Source: Anaeramoeba ignava BMAN (lineage: Eukaryota; Protista; Anaeramoebae). Taken from it: a stretch of 64,000 bases of DNA. The notes beneath the pieces are model-generated. The model saw only the letters and a program-made list of their open reading frames with translations, ran no database searches and was not told the DNA's origin. The stretch is taken from positions 124,001 through 188,000 of the forward strand of contig JAPDFW010000087.1 of NCBI GenBank assembly GCA_028826165.1, written 5' to 3'. Below, piece by piece: positions 62,615-64,000 of the stretch (the stretch's first letter is position 1; each line of letters starts with the position of its first letter). The translations under genes and the position numbers were made by a program.

Positions 62615-64000
62615 GAATTAAATATTAATTAAATATTAATTAAATATTGATTAAATATTAATTAAATATTGATTAAATATTAATTAAATATTAATTAAAT
62701 ATTAATTAAATATTAATTAAATATTAATTAAATATTGATTAAATATAGATTAAATATTGATTAAATATTGATTAAATATTGATTAAATATTGATTAAATA
62801 TTGATTAAATATTGATTAAATATTGATTAAATATTAATTAAATATTAATTAAATATTAATTAAATATTAATTAAATATTGATTAAATATTAATTAAATAT
62901 TGATTAAATATTGATTAAATATTAATTAAATATTGATTAAATATTAATTAAATATTAATTAAATATTAATTAAATATTAATTAAATATTAATTAAATATT
63001 AATTAAATATTAATTAAATATTAATTAAATATTAATTAAATATTAATTAAATATTAATAATTAAATATTAATTAAATATTAATTAAATAAATATTAATTA
63101 AATATTAATTAAATATTAATTAAATATTAATTAAATATTAATTAAATATTGATTAAATCAAATATTTAAATATTGATTTAAATATTAATTAAAATATTGA
63201 TTAAAAATATTAATTAAATATTAATTAAATATTGATTAAATATTAATTAAATATTAATTAAATATTAATTAAATATTGGAATTAAATATTAATTAAATAT
63301 TAATTAAATATTAATTAAATATTAATTAAATATTAATTAAATATTAATTAAATATTAATTAAATATTTAATTAAATATTAATTAAATATTAAATATTAAT
63401 TAAATATTGATTAAATATTAATAAATATTAATTAAATATTGATTAAAAATATTTAAATATTGATTAAATATTAATTAAATAATTAAATATTGATTAAATA
63501 ATTAAATATTATTAAATAATTAAATATTAAATAATTAAATATTAATTAAATATTGATTAAATATTGATTAAATATTAATTAAATATTGATTAAATATTAA
63601 TAAAATTAAATATTAATTAAATATTATTAAATATTAATTAAATATTGATTAAATATTGATTAAATATTAATAAATATTAATTAAATATTGATTAAATATT
63701 AGATTAAATATTGATTAAATATTAATTAAATATTGATTAAATATTGGTATTAATTAAATATTAATTAAATATTAATTAAATATTGATTAAATATTGATTA
63801 AATATTGATTAAATATTAATTAAATATTAAATAATTAAATATTGATTAAAATTAATTAAATATTTAAATATTAATTAAATATTGATTAAATATTGATTAA
63901 ATATTAATTAAATATTAATTAAATATTAATTAAATATTAATTAAATATTAATTAAATATTAATTAAATATTGATTAAATATTGATTAAATATTGATTAAA
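62615..64000. repeat. 11-bp tandem microsatellite (ATTAATTAAAT/ATTGATTAAAT), probably intronic
   Basis: Continuous 11-mer to the window end, following the donor at 62572. Confidence 0.9.

Overview
Extremely AT-rich, intron-rich eukaryotic genomic DNA (standard code, GT-AG introns). The gene style, with BTB-TLDc paralogs, microsatellite-filled introns and a TCATT initiator-like motif, suggests an anaerobic protist such as the metamonad Anaeramoeba; this is inference only. About 20 protein-coding loci can be reconstructed: a 5'-truncated AmmeMemoRadiSam-type radical SAM domain fused to a complete cytochrome-P450-reductase-like diflavin module, a TRIM-like RING/B-box protein with a glycine-rich C-terminal domain, AK6, a PPG1/PP4-like phosphatase, BOP1, two BTB-coiled-coil-TLDc paralogs, two FHA proteins, an MRH/ATG27-like receptor, RPL37A, a profilin-like protein, AP-1 mu, BCAT, a small dsRBD protein, Nup62/Nsp1, DBP2, PKB/Akt, RAB3GAP2, V-ATPase subunit a and a partial TOM1/GPR137-like gene. 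Gene clusters are separated by satellites with ~144-148 or ~170 bp units. The strongest candidate for an undescribed system is the radical-SAM/diflavin-reductase fusion, whose CxxxCxxC motif is altered to RxxxCxxHxxC. Several genes carry single frameshifts, most likely assembly errors. No rRNA, tRNA, CRISPR array or transposase was recognised. All family calls come from motif recognition by eye, not database searches.
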